Shown here in pieces: positions 40,263 through 53,265 of a DNA stretch of 64,000 nt (position 1 is the stretch's first letter; every line of letters starts with the position of its first letter). The notes under the pieces were generated by a model that saw nothing but the letters and a program-made list of their open reading frames with translations, made no database searches and was not told the DNA's origin. Both the position numbers and the translations under genes were made by a program. The DNA comes from Lama guanicoe. Its lineage: Eukaryota. The stretch lies in contig MU054204.1 of assembly GCA_013239625.1 (NCBI GenBank), positions 458,879 to 522,878 on the forward strand, written 5' to 3'.

Positions 40263-41009
40263 AAAATACTGCCTCATCATTCATTTCCAAAAGGATAGAA
40301 ATTGGAGACATGAGCCTTCTCAGTTCTCCCACAAACTAAAGTCTATGCTTAGGAATTCTATACCCTGGAACATCCATATTGACCTTCCTAGACTCCTTTC
40401 TCTAGTCCAGCTACAGTCAGAGGTAACAATGCACCACCTGGGGCTTATGCTTAATGCCCATAGCAGCTATCCATTTCCACTGTAGACTCTCAGTTATTTA
40501 GTTCTCCCTCATACCAACACCATCATAGGCATTCATAAACCAGATTTCAATCTCCTGGTAGACAGAATTTCCTCCCAATTTTCCCATAAACATTGGTTCA
40601 AAATGTAGTCCTTGGGCATAGAAATGCAAAGGTCCCTGGCAGAATAACACTTCCGAACACAGTAAGTCTTAATTGCTGAATGTCAGTGATTCTGGGAGTC
40701 CCTTCCAAGTGTCAGCAAGCTAGGAAAAGATGTGGCATGGAGCTCAAGCTTATGGAGAGCTGGACCTATGAGGAGCACATCTCCATATTGATCCCTCTAG
40801 GAAATCCCTGCTTTTATTCTGCCCTGTTTCTTTTGGTATTTTGTTATTTCTTTGGGAAAGGCAGGTGAGTGTCTACATATGTTAGCTACCAAGTCTTTAG
40901 AACATGTCTGTGTATTGAAAATGTAGAAAATTTGCATTACTACCATCCTAGGTCCCCAGTTTTGAATTTTGTAAACAATAGATAGCTTTCTTTCCAGAAA
41001 CGGGAAGCG

Positions 41010-41055
<46 letters not shown>
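41010..41055. repeat. Compound (CT)n(CA)n microsatellite
   Basis: Direct observation. Confidence 0.9.
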
Positions 41056-41059
<4 letters not shown>

Positions 41060-41107
41060 TCCTCACGTAATGTTACAGCTGGAAATCCCTTAACAATCAT
41101 CTATTGC

Positions 41108-41400
41108 CAGTGTTTTCAATTGAAGGCATACATTAGAATCAGCTAGGTCCCTTTAGAAAACCACAGACACCTAGGTCCTACTCCATATCTATTGAGGCTC
41201 CAACAAGGGAACTTGGGCAACAGATTTTCAACAACAGCAAAAAACATACCTCCTGTTGCTTCTAATGCACACACTTTGCTGATTTAGTTCACGCTCTTCA
41301 TTTTAAAGATATAGAACCTGAAGTCCAGAGAGGGAAAGCACTTGTTCAAGGTCATATAGTCAGTTAATGGCAGAACTGACTTTTCAGCCCAGTCTTGAAA
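41108..41400. mobile_element. MER5-like MITE remnant followed by a MIR fragment
   Basis: cagtgttttcaa...cattagaatcagct...; cttgttcaaggtcatatagtcagttaatggcagaact. Confidence 0.5.
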
Positions 41401-43399
41401 GAGGCAATTGATTGCCTTTACTCACAACTTTGTCCAGAGCTGCTCTTTCTCTTTGTGGCTTACAAATTTAAATGTACCCAGCAAAAGCTGTGAAAGAAAG
41501 GACACAAAGAGAAGGGATAAAGTTAAAACACGGAGTGGGAAAAAGAAAGTATACTGGATTTCAAATGAGTCAAGGACTTAGAGGAGGATAAGGACATGTG
41601 AAGGCCTGAAATTTCCAATACTTAACTAACTGGACAGAATCTGTACAGAAATTATTTGAGAGTCACACTGAAAACACTACTGGGAATTATATGATCCCCC
41701 AGCTCAGTCACTGTCATCTTTGTATTGCTATTTGTCAGCTTGGCTTGGTCTTCCATTCCCCAGTATAATCTTTTCAATTGTCCTTATCCTCAGGCTGTGT
41801 TATGTGACGCTTTCACCCCACACCAAATCCTACCCAATCTTCTGTCTCTTTGTGGGTCAGACAGGCTCCCATGCATCCTGTCTGTGTTAAAGCCACTTAT
41901 GGATGGGCAGAGACAATGTCCTCATGGACCTACTTACATGTGTTAGTTTTCTTTTCAGATTTATTTGGGGGAAGGAGGGGGCTGGAAGCCTCTAAAGCTT
42001 TTTCTGCCAACACATCAATGGCATCCCCAATGAGAGGAGGGATTTTTTAAGCTGTCACAATTGTCTGTTTGAAATAGGATCCTGAAAGAAATCAAGATTA
42101 TATTATAAATTCAAGATTAAGAAAAAAAAGCTGGCTAGTGGATTGTTAACATCAGTTACTCAACCACCTTAACCTTCTGCCAGTACACAAGTAACCCCCT
42201 ACCTTGTGCATTTGTGATTTCTGCCCTTCTGAGCCTTGATAGAAGAGGTCATAAAATTATTCCAAAGTCATTTTATACACAGCTTTGGGCTCTCCCATTA
42301 CATTCCCCATAATGTCTGTCACATACTTTGCTCAGTCAAGCCCCTCAACTCAATCTTGCCTCCCACCTTACTGAAACCAAAGTCATTCTAAGTGAGTGCC
42401 ATAGTAGTCCCTTCTCCCTAAATTTTCACCCAACATTCTCTTCCTTTCTTTGTATCACCTGCCTTCTCTGCAATGACTGCCTATATCCATCTACTTGCCC
42501 TTTCCTTAACCTCCACCACTGACATCTATCCCCACCACTCTGCAGCACTCTTCCACTTTTATTAGGAAACCCATGAAGTGAAAGAATGACATCGAATAAG
42601 CACTTGACAACATAGTAGGTTTTCTTAAATATAAGCAAGCACATGTATGCACCCAAACATGTGCATATACACACGCGCGTGCACACACACACACACGCAG
42701 TCAACTCCAATGGTTTTTCCTTTCTCATTCTTTACCTCTGTGTGGCATTTGACACTGTTGACCACACTCCTTCCATTCCTAAAACTTTATCTCATTGAAC
42801 ACCAGGGACATTGTGCATTAGTGTAGTGTCATTACTTCTTTCTCTTTTCCTCCTATCCCCTCCAAAGACAGTCACATTCCAAGGTTCACACCGAAATCCC
42901 ATATCTCTCTAGATTGTATTCTCCATAGAGCACTGCCACTCAAACCATAGTCCACATACCAGTGCTGATCCTCAAATTGTTACTAGTCCACAGTGAGATA
43001 AAAAGCGTCTCCAAAAGGTAAATCACTCACATCACTATGCACAAAGTTCAGCTGACAGTTTTTGGTAACAAAGTTTTCTCCATGAAGGAAGCTGTGCATT
43101 TATTTACATTCTGCCATGGAGGAGGAGGTGTCTCCTCTTGTCAGGGTCTGGTGCTTTGAGGAGCATTGCCTTGGAGGTCCTTTACATTGTTATGACTTCA
43201 GTACTCTCCTCTATTCAATAACTCCAACCCCAGCTTCTCCACAGAGCTTCAAACTTGCATCTCTAGCTACCTGCTAGACCCCAAACACCACCAACTTGCA
43301 TATTACATGAGCTCTTTCAACTCAACGAGTCAGAAACCAAACTCATACCTGAAATCCTTTTTTGAAACAAACAAAAATATACATCTCCAAATATGTCTT

Positions 43400-43784
43400 T
43401 TTATGTACATTTTAACCATATGCATAATACATGAATTCATTTTTCTTAGAAAAATGATAGAGCTACTGATAAGGTTCATTTTGCAAACTATCAACAGTCA
43501 AGGTCCACTCCTCTTCTCCTCTGAAATAGTCATTGTTGACAGTTTGGGTTTGAGTACACTTTTAGATCTTTTTCTACACATTTGCATACATATACAGAAT
43601 ATTTACTTATAGAAAACATAGGTCATTTTAAAAAATCAGTGTTATATTGTAATGTATCATTCTCAAACTGTACTTTTCAATCAACAAACTATTCTGTAGA
43701 TCTTTCCATGTCAGTTCACATAGATGTATCTTATTCTTTTTTTAATGCTGAATAGTATTCCATAGAAAATACATCCCTAGTTTA
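43400..43784 (-). mobile_element. Old L1ME-type 3' end (continues at 46063-46084 and 46475-46560)
   Basis: gatctttccatgtcagt...ttattcttttttaatgctgaatagtattccat, resuming as ccatttcctaatgatgga and ttaggttgctttcaa. Confidence 0.7.
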
Positions 43785-46041
43785 AACATATCTCCACATA
43801 ATAAAAGCTATATATGACAAACCTACAGCCAGCATAGTACTCAATGGTGAAAAACTCAAAAGCTTCCCACTAAAATCTGGGACAAGACAAGGATGCCCAC
43901 TTTCACCACTCCTATTCAACATAGTCCTGGAAGTCCTAGCCACAGCAGTCAGGCAAGAGAAAGAAATAAAAGGGATCCAAATTGGAAAAGAAGAGGTAAA
44001 AGTGTCATTATATGCCGATGACATGTTACTATATATAGAAAACCCTAAAAGGTCCACACAAAAGCTACTAGAGCTGATTGAAGAATTCAGCAAGGTAGCA
44101 GGTTACAAGATTAATGTTCAAAAATCAGTTGTATTTCTTTACACTAATGATAAATCAACAGAAAAAGAAAGTAAAGAAACAATCCCCTTTAAAGTAGCAC
44201 CCAAAGTAATAAAATATCTGGGAATAAATCTAACCAAGGAGGTGAAAGAATTATACACAGAAAACTATAAACCATTGATGAAGGAAATTAAAGAAGACTT
44301 TAAAAAATGGAAAGATATTCCATGCTCTTGGATTGGAAGAATCAATATTGTTAAAATGGTCACACTGCCCAAGGCAATCTACAGATTTAATGCAATCCCT
44401 ATCCAATTACCCAGGACATATTTCACAGAACTAGAACAAATCATAATAAAATTTATATGGAACCATCAAAGACCTAGAATTGCTAAAGCATTACTGAAGA
44501 GAAAGAAAGAGGCTGGAGGAATAACTCTCCCAGACTTCAGACAATACTATAGAGCTACAGTCATCAAGACAGCATGGTATTGGTACCAAAACAGACATAT
44601 AGACCAATGGAACAGAATAGAGAGCCCAGAAATGAACCCACAAACTTTTGGTCAACTCATCTTCGACAAAGGAGGCAAGAATATACAATGGAATAAAGAC
44701 AGTCTCTTCAGCAAATGGTGTTGGGAAAACTGGACAGCAGCATGTAAAACAATGAAGCTAGAACACACCCTTACACCATATACAAAAATCAACTCAAAAT
44801 GGATTAAAGACTTAAACATAAGACAAGATACAATAAACCTCCTAGAGGAAAACATAGGCAAAACATTATCTGACATACATTTCAAAAATTTTCTCCTAGA
44901 AGAAATAAAAGCAAGAATAAACAAATGGGACCTAATGAAACTTACAAGCTTCTGCAGAGCAAAGGAAACCAGAAATAAAACAAGAAGAAAACCTACGGAA
45001 TGGGAGAAAATTTTTGCAAGTGAAACCGACAAAGGCTTGATCTCCAAAATATATAAGCAGCTCATACGACTCAATAAGAAAAAAATAAACAACCCAATCC
45101 AAAAATGGGCAGAAGACCTAAACAAGCAATTCTCCAAGGAAGACATACAAATGATCAAAAAGCACATGAAAAAATGTTCAATATCACTAATTATCAGAGA
45201 AATGCAAATCAAAACTACAATGAGGTATCACCTCACACCAGTCAGAATGGCCGTCATTCAAAAATCCAAAAATGACAAATGCTGGAGAGGCTGTGGAGAA
45301 AGGGGAACCCTCCTACACTGCTGGTGGGAATGCAGTTTGGTGCAGCCACTATGGAAAACAGTGTGGAGATTCCTCAAAAGACTAGGAATAGACTTACCAT
45401 ATGACCCAGGAATCCCACTCCTGGGCTTGTACCCAGAAGGAAATCTACTTCAGGATGACACCTGCACCCCAATGTTCATAGCAGCACTATTTACAATAGC
45501 CAAAACATGGAAACAGCCTAAATGTCCATCAACAGGTGACTGGATAAAGAAGAGGTGGTATATTTATACAATGGAATACTACTCAGCCATAAAAACCGAC
45601 AACATAATGCCATTTGCAGCAACATGGATGCTCCTAGAGAATGTCATTCTAAGTGAAGTAAGCCAGAAAGAGAAAGAAAAATACCATATGAGATCGCTCA
45701 TATGTGGAATCTAAAAAACAAAAACAAACAAACAAACAAAAACAAAGCATAAATACAGGACAGAAATAGACTCATGGACAGAGAATACAGACTTGTGGTT
45801 ACCAGGGGGGTAGAGGGTGGGAAGGGATAGACTGGGATTTCAAAATTGTAGAATAGATAAACAAGATTACACTGTATAGCACAGGGAAATATACACAAAA
45901 TGTTATGATAAATCACAGAGAAAAAAATGTGACAATGAGTGTGTATATGTCCATGAATGACTGAAAAATTGTGCTGAACACTGGAATTTGACACAACATT
46001 GTAAAATGATTATAAATCAATAAAAAAATGTTAAAAAAAAG
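43785..46041 (+). mobile_element. Very young 5'-truncated LINE-1 (about 2.26 kb)
   Basis: Perfect 21-bp TSD agaaaatacatccctagttta (43764-43784 and 46042-46062); uninterrupted ORF2 frame, 3' UTR, AATAAA and A tail. Confidence 0.97.
43786..45714 (+). CDS. LINE-1 ORF2p C-terminal part (partial RT domain plus CCHC C-terminus); 5'-truncated, no endonuclease or native start
   Basis: Frame is open from [15 protein letters not shown] through [25 protein letters not shown] and [18 protein letters not shown] to ICGI*; 642 sense codons (the ORF track starts at an internal GTG at 44002). Confidence 0.95.
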   Translation, partial: TYLHIIKAIYDKPTASIVLNGEKLKSFPLKSGTRQGCPLSPLLFNIVLEVLATAVRQEKEIKGIQIGKEEVKVSLYADDMLLYIENPKRSTQKLLELIEEFSKVAGYKINVQKSVVFLYTNDKSTEKESKETIPFKVAPKVIKYLGINLTKEVKELYTENYKPLMKEIKEDFKKWKDIPCSWIGRINIVKMVTLPKAIYRFNAIPIQLPRTYFTELEQIIIKFIWNHQRPRIAKALLKRKKEAGGITLPDFRQYYRATVIKTAWYWYQNRHIDQWNRIESPEMNPQTFGQLIFDKGGKNIQWNKDSLFSKWCWENWTAACKTMKLEHTLTPYTKINSKWIKDLNIRQDTINLLEENIGKTLSDIHFKNFLLEEIKARINKWDLMKLTSFCRAKETRNKTRRKPTEWEKIFASETDKGLISKIYKQLIRLNKKKINNPIQKWAEDLNKQFSKEDIQMIKKHMKKCSISLIIREMQIKTTMRYHLTPVRMAVIQKSKNDKCWRGCGERGTLLHCWWECSLVQPLWKTVWRFLKRLGIDLPYDPGIPLLGLYPEGNLLQDDTCTPMFIAALFTIAKTWKQPKCPSTGDWIKKRWYIYTMEYYSAIKTDNIMPFAATWMLLENVILSEVSQKEKEKYHMRSLICGI

Positions 46042-46084
46042 AGAAAATACATCCCTAGTTTAGCCATTTCCTAATGATGGATCT

Positions 46085-46474
46085 TGTGTCAGAGACACTG
46101 CTATGTGTCCAGCAAACTACTCTATTCTCCTCCTGGGCACATACAAAGTCAAAGGTGGGCAATAGGGCTAGTTCTGGCCAATGGAATGTGGATGGAAGTG
46201 ATACATTCTACTTGTAGGCCTTGGTGCTAAAATCTACAACAGATTCCTCTGCTCTCTCTCCTTCTCCTCCATAGTGACCATGGGGGCCATGTGTGGAAGA
46301 TGATGATATTGCATAATGGGAGAGACTGAATCTCTGAATGACTGTGAGGAGCAGATGATCCCTCACTGACCACATTGGACTGCCATATGAGCAAACAATA
46401 CATACGGTGTGAAGTCACTGAAATTTTAGAGTTGTTTATTACAATATCTATCATTGCTTATCCTAGCCAATATA
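46085..46474 (+). mobile_element. MaLR solo LTR (MLT1I/J-like)
   Basis: ctagttctggccaatggaatgtgg...gaagtga, gtcactgaaattttagagttgtttattac; 5-bp TSD GATCT at 46080-46084 and 46475-46479. Confidence 0.8.
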
Positions 46475-48420
46475 GATCTTTAGGTTGCTTTCAAGTTCTT
46501 GCTACTTCAAACAATGCCACAATGGACAACTTTTGTATGTGTGCAGTTGCTTTCCTGTGTTAAATTCCTTTCTTACAATTTAGCCTCTGCTCTGGCTTAA
46601 ACCTCATGATCATTGTTAACTGCACCCATTTTTTGCCCTTCTCCTCATCCAATTAGTTACAAAGTTTTGGTAATTTTTACCTGGTCATATCTCTTACATT
46701 TTTCTTTTTCCCAAACCCTCTAGGATCAACCAAGGTCAGGGCCACAGCCTTCTATCTGATCTCACTGCCTCAGTCCTTGACCCGCTGTAATCTAGCCTCA
46801 CAACTACAGCTGATCTAAGTTTCATAAACCTCCACTTTGACCAAGAAATGATCATTAGCTCCTCATTCCATATAAGATAAAATATAAACTTCTTGACCTG
46901 ACACCAAAGGTCACAAATCTAGCCCCTTTCTGCCTTTCCAAATTTGATATCAGTTACTTCCTCAGAGAAACTCCATTTCCATCAGAAGTACCTTCCCTTA
47001 AATCTGAATTTGCTGCCTATATTTACAATGCCACTTTTGTTTAGTCTTCTTCTCCAGTTATCTGAGTCCTACTATCTTTTAGGACCAACATTATACCCTT
47101 TTTCTTCTGTGAAACCATTTCTGATCAGTTTACTTTACTGGAATCTCCAAGTCCACAAATTCCTTCCACACCCTTATGTCTTCATTTGGCTCATGGATCC
47201 TCTCTGGTTTTTAACCGTTTTGACAAACGGTTTGATACTACCGCCCACATCAAGACCTTTCTGTAGAATAATACAGCTTTCTTGTCTCAGGATATTATCT
47301 GTTCTGAGATTTTCCCAAATTAAGGTCAAAATGGGTAAGGGTGGGGGGCTACAAGTACAAGTGTTGCTGCCTCGAGGAAAGCAGGAGCAACAAAAGATCT
47401 TGTGGTCACATTGGGCAGTTCTTGGGAATTTCATAAAAGAGGGCGGAGGTTAGGTATAAAAATGGGTAGAAATCATCCCCAGGAGTTCTAGATGAAAAGT
47501 ATGGATTAAGCATTCTAGCGGAGGGAAAAAACCAAGGTAGAATTTTGTGCAGCTATGCAAAAGCCACTAGGTTCTTGTATTGAGAAAATAGGCTGGATGG
47601 AAACTAAGGGCCAAGTGTTTAGGTAGTGAAAATATACCACTCCTGGGTAGCCAAGAATCTATGATGGCCTTAACATTTTCTTCTTTGTTCCATTCATGAT
47701 TCATGCAAAAGCTCTAATTATGGTTGATGAGTATAAAAGCAGTGCTGATGCCACCAAATTAAAGAATTGAGAGCCATGCTTTAAAGTGAAATTAAACATG
47801 ATTTTTAAAAAAACCTGTGTAGCATCTTCTAAAGTCCTTGAAAGTGCCAAAAGTCCTATTCAGAATCTCTACCGAAGCCTTCATGTTACTTCATCCCACT
47901 CCTAGTTAAACCAGGTTCTCTCCAAGTACCAGCATTAAAACCCATGTCTTATTCAACTTTATAGTTCATTTTATTTAATTCATAGTACAACAATATTATT
48001 TCTCATGTGCATTTTCATAACAAATATACAGCATTTCAGCTCTGTCATGGGACAGATTGGATTTATGGATGCACCTATAAAAGTATCCATCTTTAGCAAG
48101 TTCCTGATATAAAATGCTCTAAGTTCCAAGCAACTGCCTTACAACCCAGCTTTAAAAGCACCACCTAGTCTTTACTTTTTTATATGTTTGTACCTGGCTT
48201 CATCAAACAGTCCATTTACACCTCAAAGTTAGGGAACCCGCCATTTTCATCTTTTATCCTTCTCTGTGTTTCCCCAGCACTGAGCCAAGCCCACAACCTA
48301 TATCTTCTCCAAAGAAGAAGAATGGGTTCAGATAAGAATTCAGTTAAATGACCAATGAAACCTACTTTCTCTGTTCCTTTCACTTTCTCTCTTCCTTCAC
48401 CACCTCACTTCTTAAAAGGC

Positions 48421-48799
48421 TTGTCTTTCTCTTTCTGGCTTACTTCACTTAGAATGACAATCTCCAGGTCCATCCATGTTGCTACAAATGGCATTGTTTT
48501 ATTCTTTTTATGGCTGAGTAGTATTCCATTGTATAAACTTACCACAACTTCTTTATCTAGTCATCTGTCAATGGGAGTTTGAGATTTGCAGATACTAACT
48601 AATATATATAAAATAGATAAACAAGTTTATACTGTATAGCACAGGGAACTAAATTCAATATCATGTAGTAAATTATGGTGAAAAAGGATATGAAAACGAA
48701 TATATGTATATTCATGTATGACTGAAGCATTGTGCTGTACACCAGAAACTGACTCAACATTGTAAACTGACTATATTTCAATAAACATATTTTAAAAAA
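48421..48799 (+). mobile_element. L1 insertion with 5' inversion
   Basis: Antisense ORF2 end at 48421-48574 joined to sense 3' UTR and tail at 48572-48799. Confidence 0.85.
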
Positions 48800-49639
48800 T
48801 TCTTTAGTTTTAAGGTACTCAAAAGGTGAGGGGTGTTGTCAGGATGTCACCCAACCTTTCTGAATTAGTTTCCACACCTGTATCCTAGTAACATGGTAAT
48901 TTGCTTAATTGATGTAAAACGTTGAGGACAATGTCTGCCTATTTAACAAAAGTAACCCATCATTATAATCTCTCTTCTTGGCTCCCTGTCAATGAACTAC
49001 TGTTACTGATAGTGCAAGTCAGACCACTTCCCCCTCAAGGTGTACTAGAGTGAAAAAGGATTAAGCACCATTGTCTGAAATGGTGCCTCCATGGATTTCA
49101 GAGTTTAGCCTTCATAAATTCCTTAAGGATCCCTGATGGACTCAGGAGTGCTCCCCAGCCTTGCTCTGCAGGGAAGTCTTTATACCCAGTAAAGGTACAC
49201 AGAAAAAGGTGTGGTCCGATCATTCATAAATTCAGATGCTTCCAGGAAGGAATCACACCCTTCAGGATAACATTTCCTCTAGGCTGGGACTGGGGCTGCT
49301 TTTAGGCAGATAGGAGCTTTTCCAAAGCCAGAGAAGTTAATAGTTCTATGGGCTTTACTCTCCAAATGGGAGCTCCCAAACTGTAATTGATTGCTTAAAC
49401 TTTCAGAAACAAAAGACACCCTCATACACGTATCTTTAGTATATTATATGAACCACAGTACAATATACAAAAAGAAATGCTAAATATTAGATACAGTTAC
49501 AAAGCATCTGTTGCTAATCATTCTGTCTAGCTACCTCAGTGTACAACAGATGCTAAGCACAAGATTCGTTGTTACTGGAAAGTTGATAAAGCCATATTTC
49601 AAAGTCAAAACAAAAGGTAATATGCACTGTTAGTTTCCA

Positions 49640-51330
49640 CTTCCTTCCCTCCTCTTTGTGTCTCTGTGCACTTGGCCTGGGCTTCTTCTGGCACAGTTCT
49701 ACTGAATATGCTCTCTGGAAGGCCACCAATACCCCCAAGTAATGAATCAATTGGGACCTGCTCCTATCATCACCTTTCTTAACCTCTATGGAATATCTGA
49801 CACTGGGGACCAGACCTTTCATTTCTCTAGGATTTCCTTCTACCATTCTGATTATTCATTTTCCTCCCAATAACTTCTCTTTCTGTACCTCTCCCTTAAA
49901 GTTTCCTGTTTCTAGAGGTCCTATTCATAATGCCCTTTTCATATGTCTGCATGCTTTCCCAGGGAAGTCTTCTCCACTCTCATGGCCATAGTACCACACT
50001 GATGATGCTTATATTTTTATCTCCAACCTACACGTCTCTCCTCTACTCTAGACCTGTGTGCTCAACTATCTACTGTATCTGTTCAACTGTTTTCTATGAA
50101 TGGCCCTGTCATCTGTCAAGTCACCTAAATTGGAAAACTGGGAGTCTAACAAAACTTATTCTTCTCCTAAAAAAAGTGAATGAAGGGCTGCAAATGGCAA
50201 AATATCCTTCCTTCTTATAGGTTAGTTGTATTCCATTACATATATATGGTACATCTTCTTTATCCATTCATCTATTGATGTGCACTTAGGATGCTTCCTT
50301 ATCTGGGACAATTATAAAGAATGTTGCTGTTAATGGCAGGGTGTATGTATCCTTTTGAATTAATTCTTATTTTGAGGTTGGCTTTATTCCTTTGATAACT
50401 ATGTAAGTTTAAAAAGCTAAAGCTCTAAACATTCTTAGAAACAATGAACAGTACATACATGTAAATTTGAAAAATATGTGCAGTGCATTGTGTATATATA
50501 TTTACCTGCAATATATTGTATAAGTGCATTCAAATTATAACAATTCTACCTAATAAAACTGAAAAATGAAAAAAAAATTAAAAACTTTTTCTTCTCCCTA
50601 GTAACTACATTCCACTGGCCACAAAATACTATTATAATATTCTTTAGAATTGCCTCTTAATCATATTTCCTGCTCATTATTTCCACTGTCACTTCTTTAT
50701 TCTGACCCTTATCATCTCTCTTGGATTTTTGTTTGCCCTCCCTGCATTCATTCTTGCCTCCTTCCAGACTGCCCTCCATGTAGTTGCTGGAGTGAATGTG
50801 GTCAACTGTCAATAATATTATGTCATGCTTCTGCCCCCAAGCATTCAAAGCTAAATCCAAGTGCTTCAAGGAGGTCCTTCATAATCACTCTAGAAAGGGC
50901 AAACTTTATAGCAAATCACCTGACACTGCTTCAGTCAAACTGAACTTCTTGCAAATCCTTGAACACTCTATGCCCCTTGACATTTCTGTGTCTTTTCAAA
51001 TACTGTTTCTTATGCCTAGAATGACTTTTCCCTTCTTCTCCTTTTTTTTAAACATAGTTCAAACGTCACCTTCTTTGTGAACACTTCCCTGGTCCTCTGG
51101 AGCAAAGAGAGACTATTCTTCTTCTGAGTTAGCATTTTGTCTAGGCATCTAATCATCACACTTATTATTCTGTATTTCAATGATTTATATATGGCTTTGT
51201 CTTAAAGAGAGATCTGTCTGTAGAGCTGTAGGTACATCAAAGGCAGTGAATTGTATCTTATGTGTCTATACCTTCAATACTTATTACAGTGCCTGGCACA
51301 CAGTAGATGCTCAATAGTTGTTTGAAGAAA
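49640..51330 (+). mobile_element. L2 LINE remnant (interrupted at 50170-50580)
   Basis: ggcttcttctggcacagttctactgaatatgctct...; 3' end acagtgcctggcacacagtagatgctcaatag. Confidence 0.7.
50170..50580. mobile_element. Composite L1-mediated insertion (antisense L1 ORF2 piece plus sense A-tailed segment)
   Basis: TSD aaaactt(a/t)ttcttctcc(c)ta at 50151-50169 and 50581-50600. Confidence 0.7.
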
Positions 51331-52241
51331 GGATAAATACGGTTGGCTGCCTAGAAAGGCACTAAACCAAAAAAATAAATTAAATAAAACAACCCCCCCC
51401 GCCCAGAGTTGCATGCATGAATTGAGCCCCATGAATTAGTTGGAGCTCAAGCATCTGGGTTCACAGTCAATGGCTATATGAACTCTATTCTAAATGTGCC
51501 TAGGGCAATAATGGAAAATTCTATAACAGCAACCAGAACTACAATAACCAAGAAACAGTTACTTAGTTACTTATGGCACTGTGATATTCCTTCCTAGTTT
51601 TTAGTACATTCATTCTCAGCACTGAAGAAGAAAAACACTAACCCTTAAACCTAGTAGTGGAGGTGGGAGTGGAGGAGGGGGAGTGAGGATTAGCTGACTT
51701 CTTCAGTCTAATTCACACATTTTGGTTTCCATGGAAGAGAGAGAGCACACGTGTGATGTCGTCAAGACTACAAAATCTTCCCTCGTCATTCTTGTCTCCA
51801 AAGAAGTCAAACCTCTTTTAAGAACTCTATCCTCTGACTTACACTCACCCACTTTCACTAGTCACACAAAAAAGAACCTTTATCAAGGGAGGGACGTCTA
51901 TGATATTTCAGTTTGTAGTCAGTCAATCTAGTCACCTCTTTTATCATCATACCAGAAGTATGTCTTGATGAAGCTTAATATAGCACAGAAGAAAGAGATT
52001 TACAGAGAAGGAGTACAAATCCAACCAGAACTCAGCAGAAAGAAAATGATTAAAGGCAAAGAGTGAGTCATCTCTATAAGCACTGCTACAGCTAATGGTA
52101 CCAAGGAAAACAGGAACATCCAATCAAATCTCACCTACATTTGCTAACCGATTTTGTTGTCAATGCCCTATATTCTCACTATATTGATTAATACTGGGGA
52201 GGAGATTCAATGAGGACCCAGGAAAGCAGAGTTTGATCCTC

Positions 52242-52600
52242 TGCCATGGACTGAATTGTGTCTCGCCAAAATTCACCTGTTGAAGCCCTAACCCCTAATG
52301 TGATGGTATTTGGAGGTGGGGCCTCTGGGAGGTAATTAGGTTTAGATGAGGTCATGAGGGTGGAGGGATTAATTCCTTTCAAGGAAAAGACACCAAAGAG
52401 CTTGCTCTCTTATTCTCTCTTTACCAAATGAGGATGCAGTGAGAAGGCAGCCATCTGGAAATCAGGAAGAGAGTTCTCACCAGAACTTAACCATCTTGAT
52501 CTCAGACTTCCAGCTTATAGAACTGTGAGAAATAAATTTCTATTGTTTAAGCCACCCAGTCTATGACATTTTGTTATGGCAAAGCAAGCTGACTAAGACA
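52242..52600 (+). mobile_element. MaLR solo LTR (MLT1A-like)
   Basis: TG...CA termini, tggactgaattgtgtc...aattcacctgttgaagccctaacc; perfect TSD TCCTC at 52237-52241 and 52601-52605. Confidence 0.92.
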
Positions 52601-53189
52601 TCCTCCTAGGCTTCCCCCAGGGGTCCCAACCCCAAGTAATTAGTGATGAATTGATTTAGTGTATATTGCCTGCTCTCCGTTTCCCCAACTTCCATTCTTC
52701 AAGAAGCTCAGGAAAAGTTTAAAATCACATTAAAATCACTTCTCCCTGATCCTCTTTTTGGCCTCCTTCTAAGCTGTGTTCATGTGCACAATTTTAGACA
52801 TTTTCCTTCACACAACTTTTATTCCCCAAATTTTATAGAAGTTTGCAGATTGGGTCAAGTTCTTCTCATTTCCACTCCTACCCTCTATTTCTTCTATGAA
52901 GGAGTTGTGGAGTCAAATAAGGCTGCAGTTCTGCTTCAGCTAGAAGAAAGCACAAGAGAGGAAAGGCAAAGCAAGAATGGGAGGAAGTGGTTAATGGGGG
53001 GGCAGTATGGATAAAGAGCAGGTGCCCCCTAACCACAAGTTGGGAGTGTTCAGCAAATGAGTAGGGATGTAGATGACTAATGTAATGCCCTTCTACCACT
53101 TCTAGAGACCCTGACTGAATTGGTAGTGAAAACTAGTCTCCCCAGAACTTGATTGATTTAGAAAGTATCCACTTGAGTGGAAAGGAAAA

Positions 53190-53265
<76 letters not shown>

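Noticed and set aside
43782..45994. Antisense ORFs (103, 65, 186 and 98 aa) over the young L1
   Set aside because: Shadow frames of L1 sequence with no independent support
51890..51970. C/D box snoRNA-like TGATGA...CTGA on the minus strand
   Set aside because: Spacing is short, there is no terminal stem and no recognisable guide; such motifs are frequent by chance
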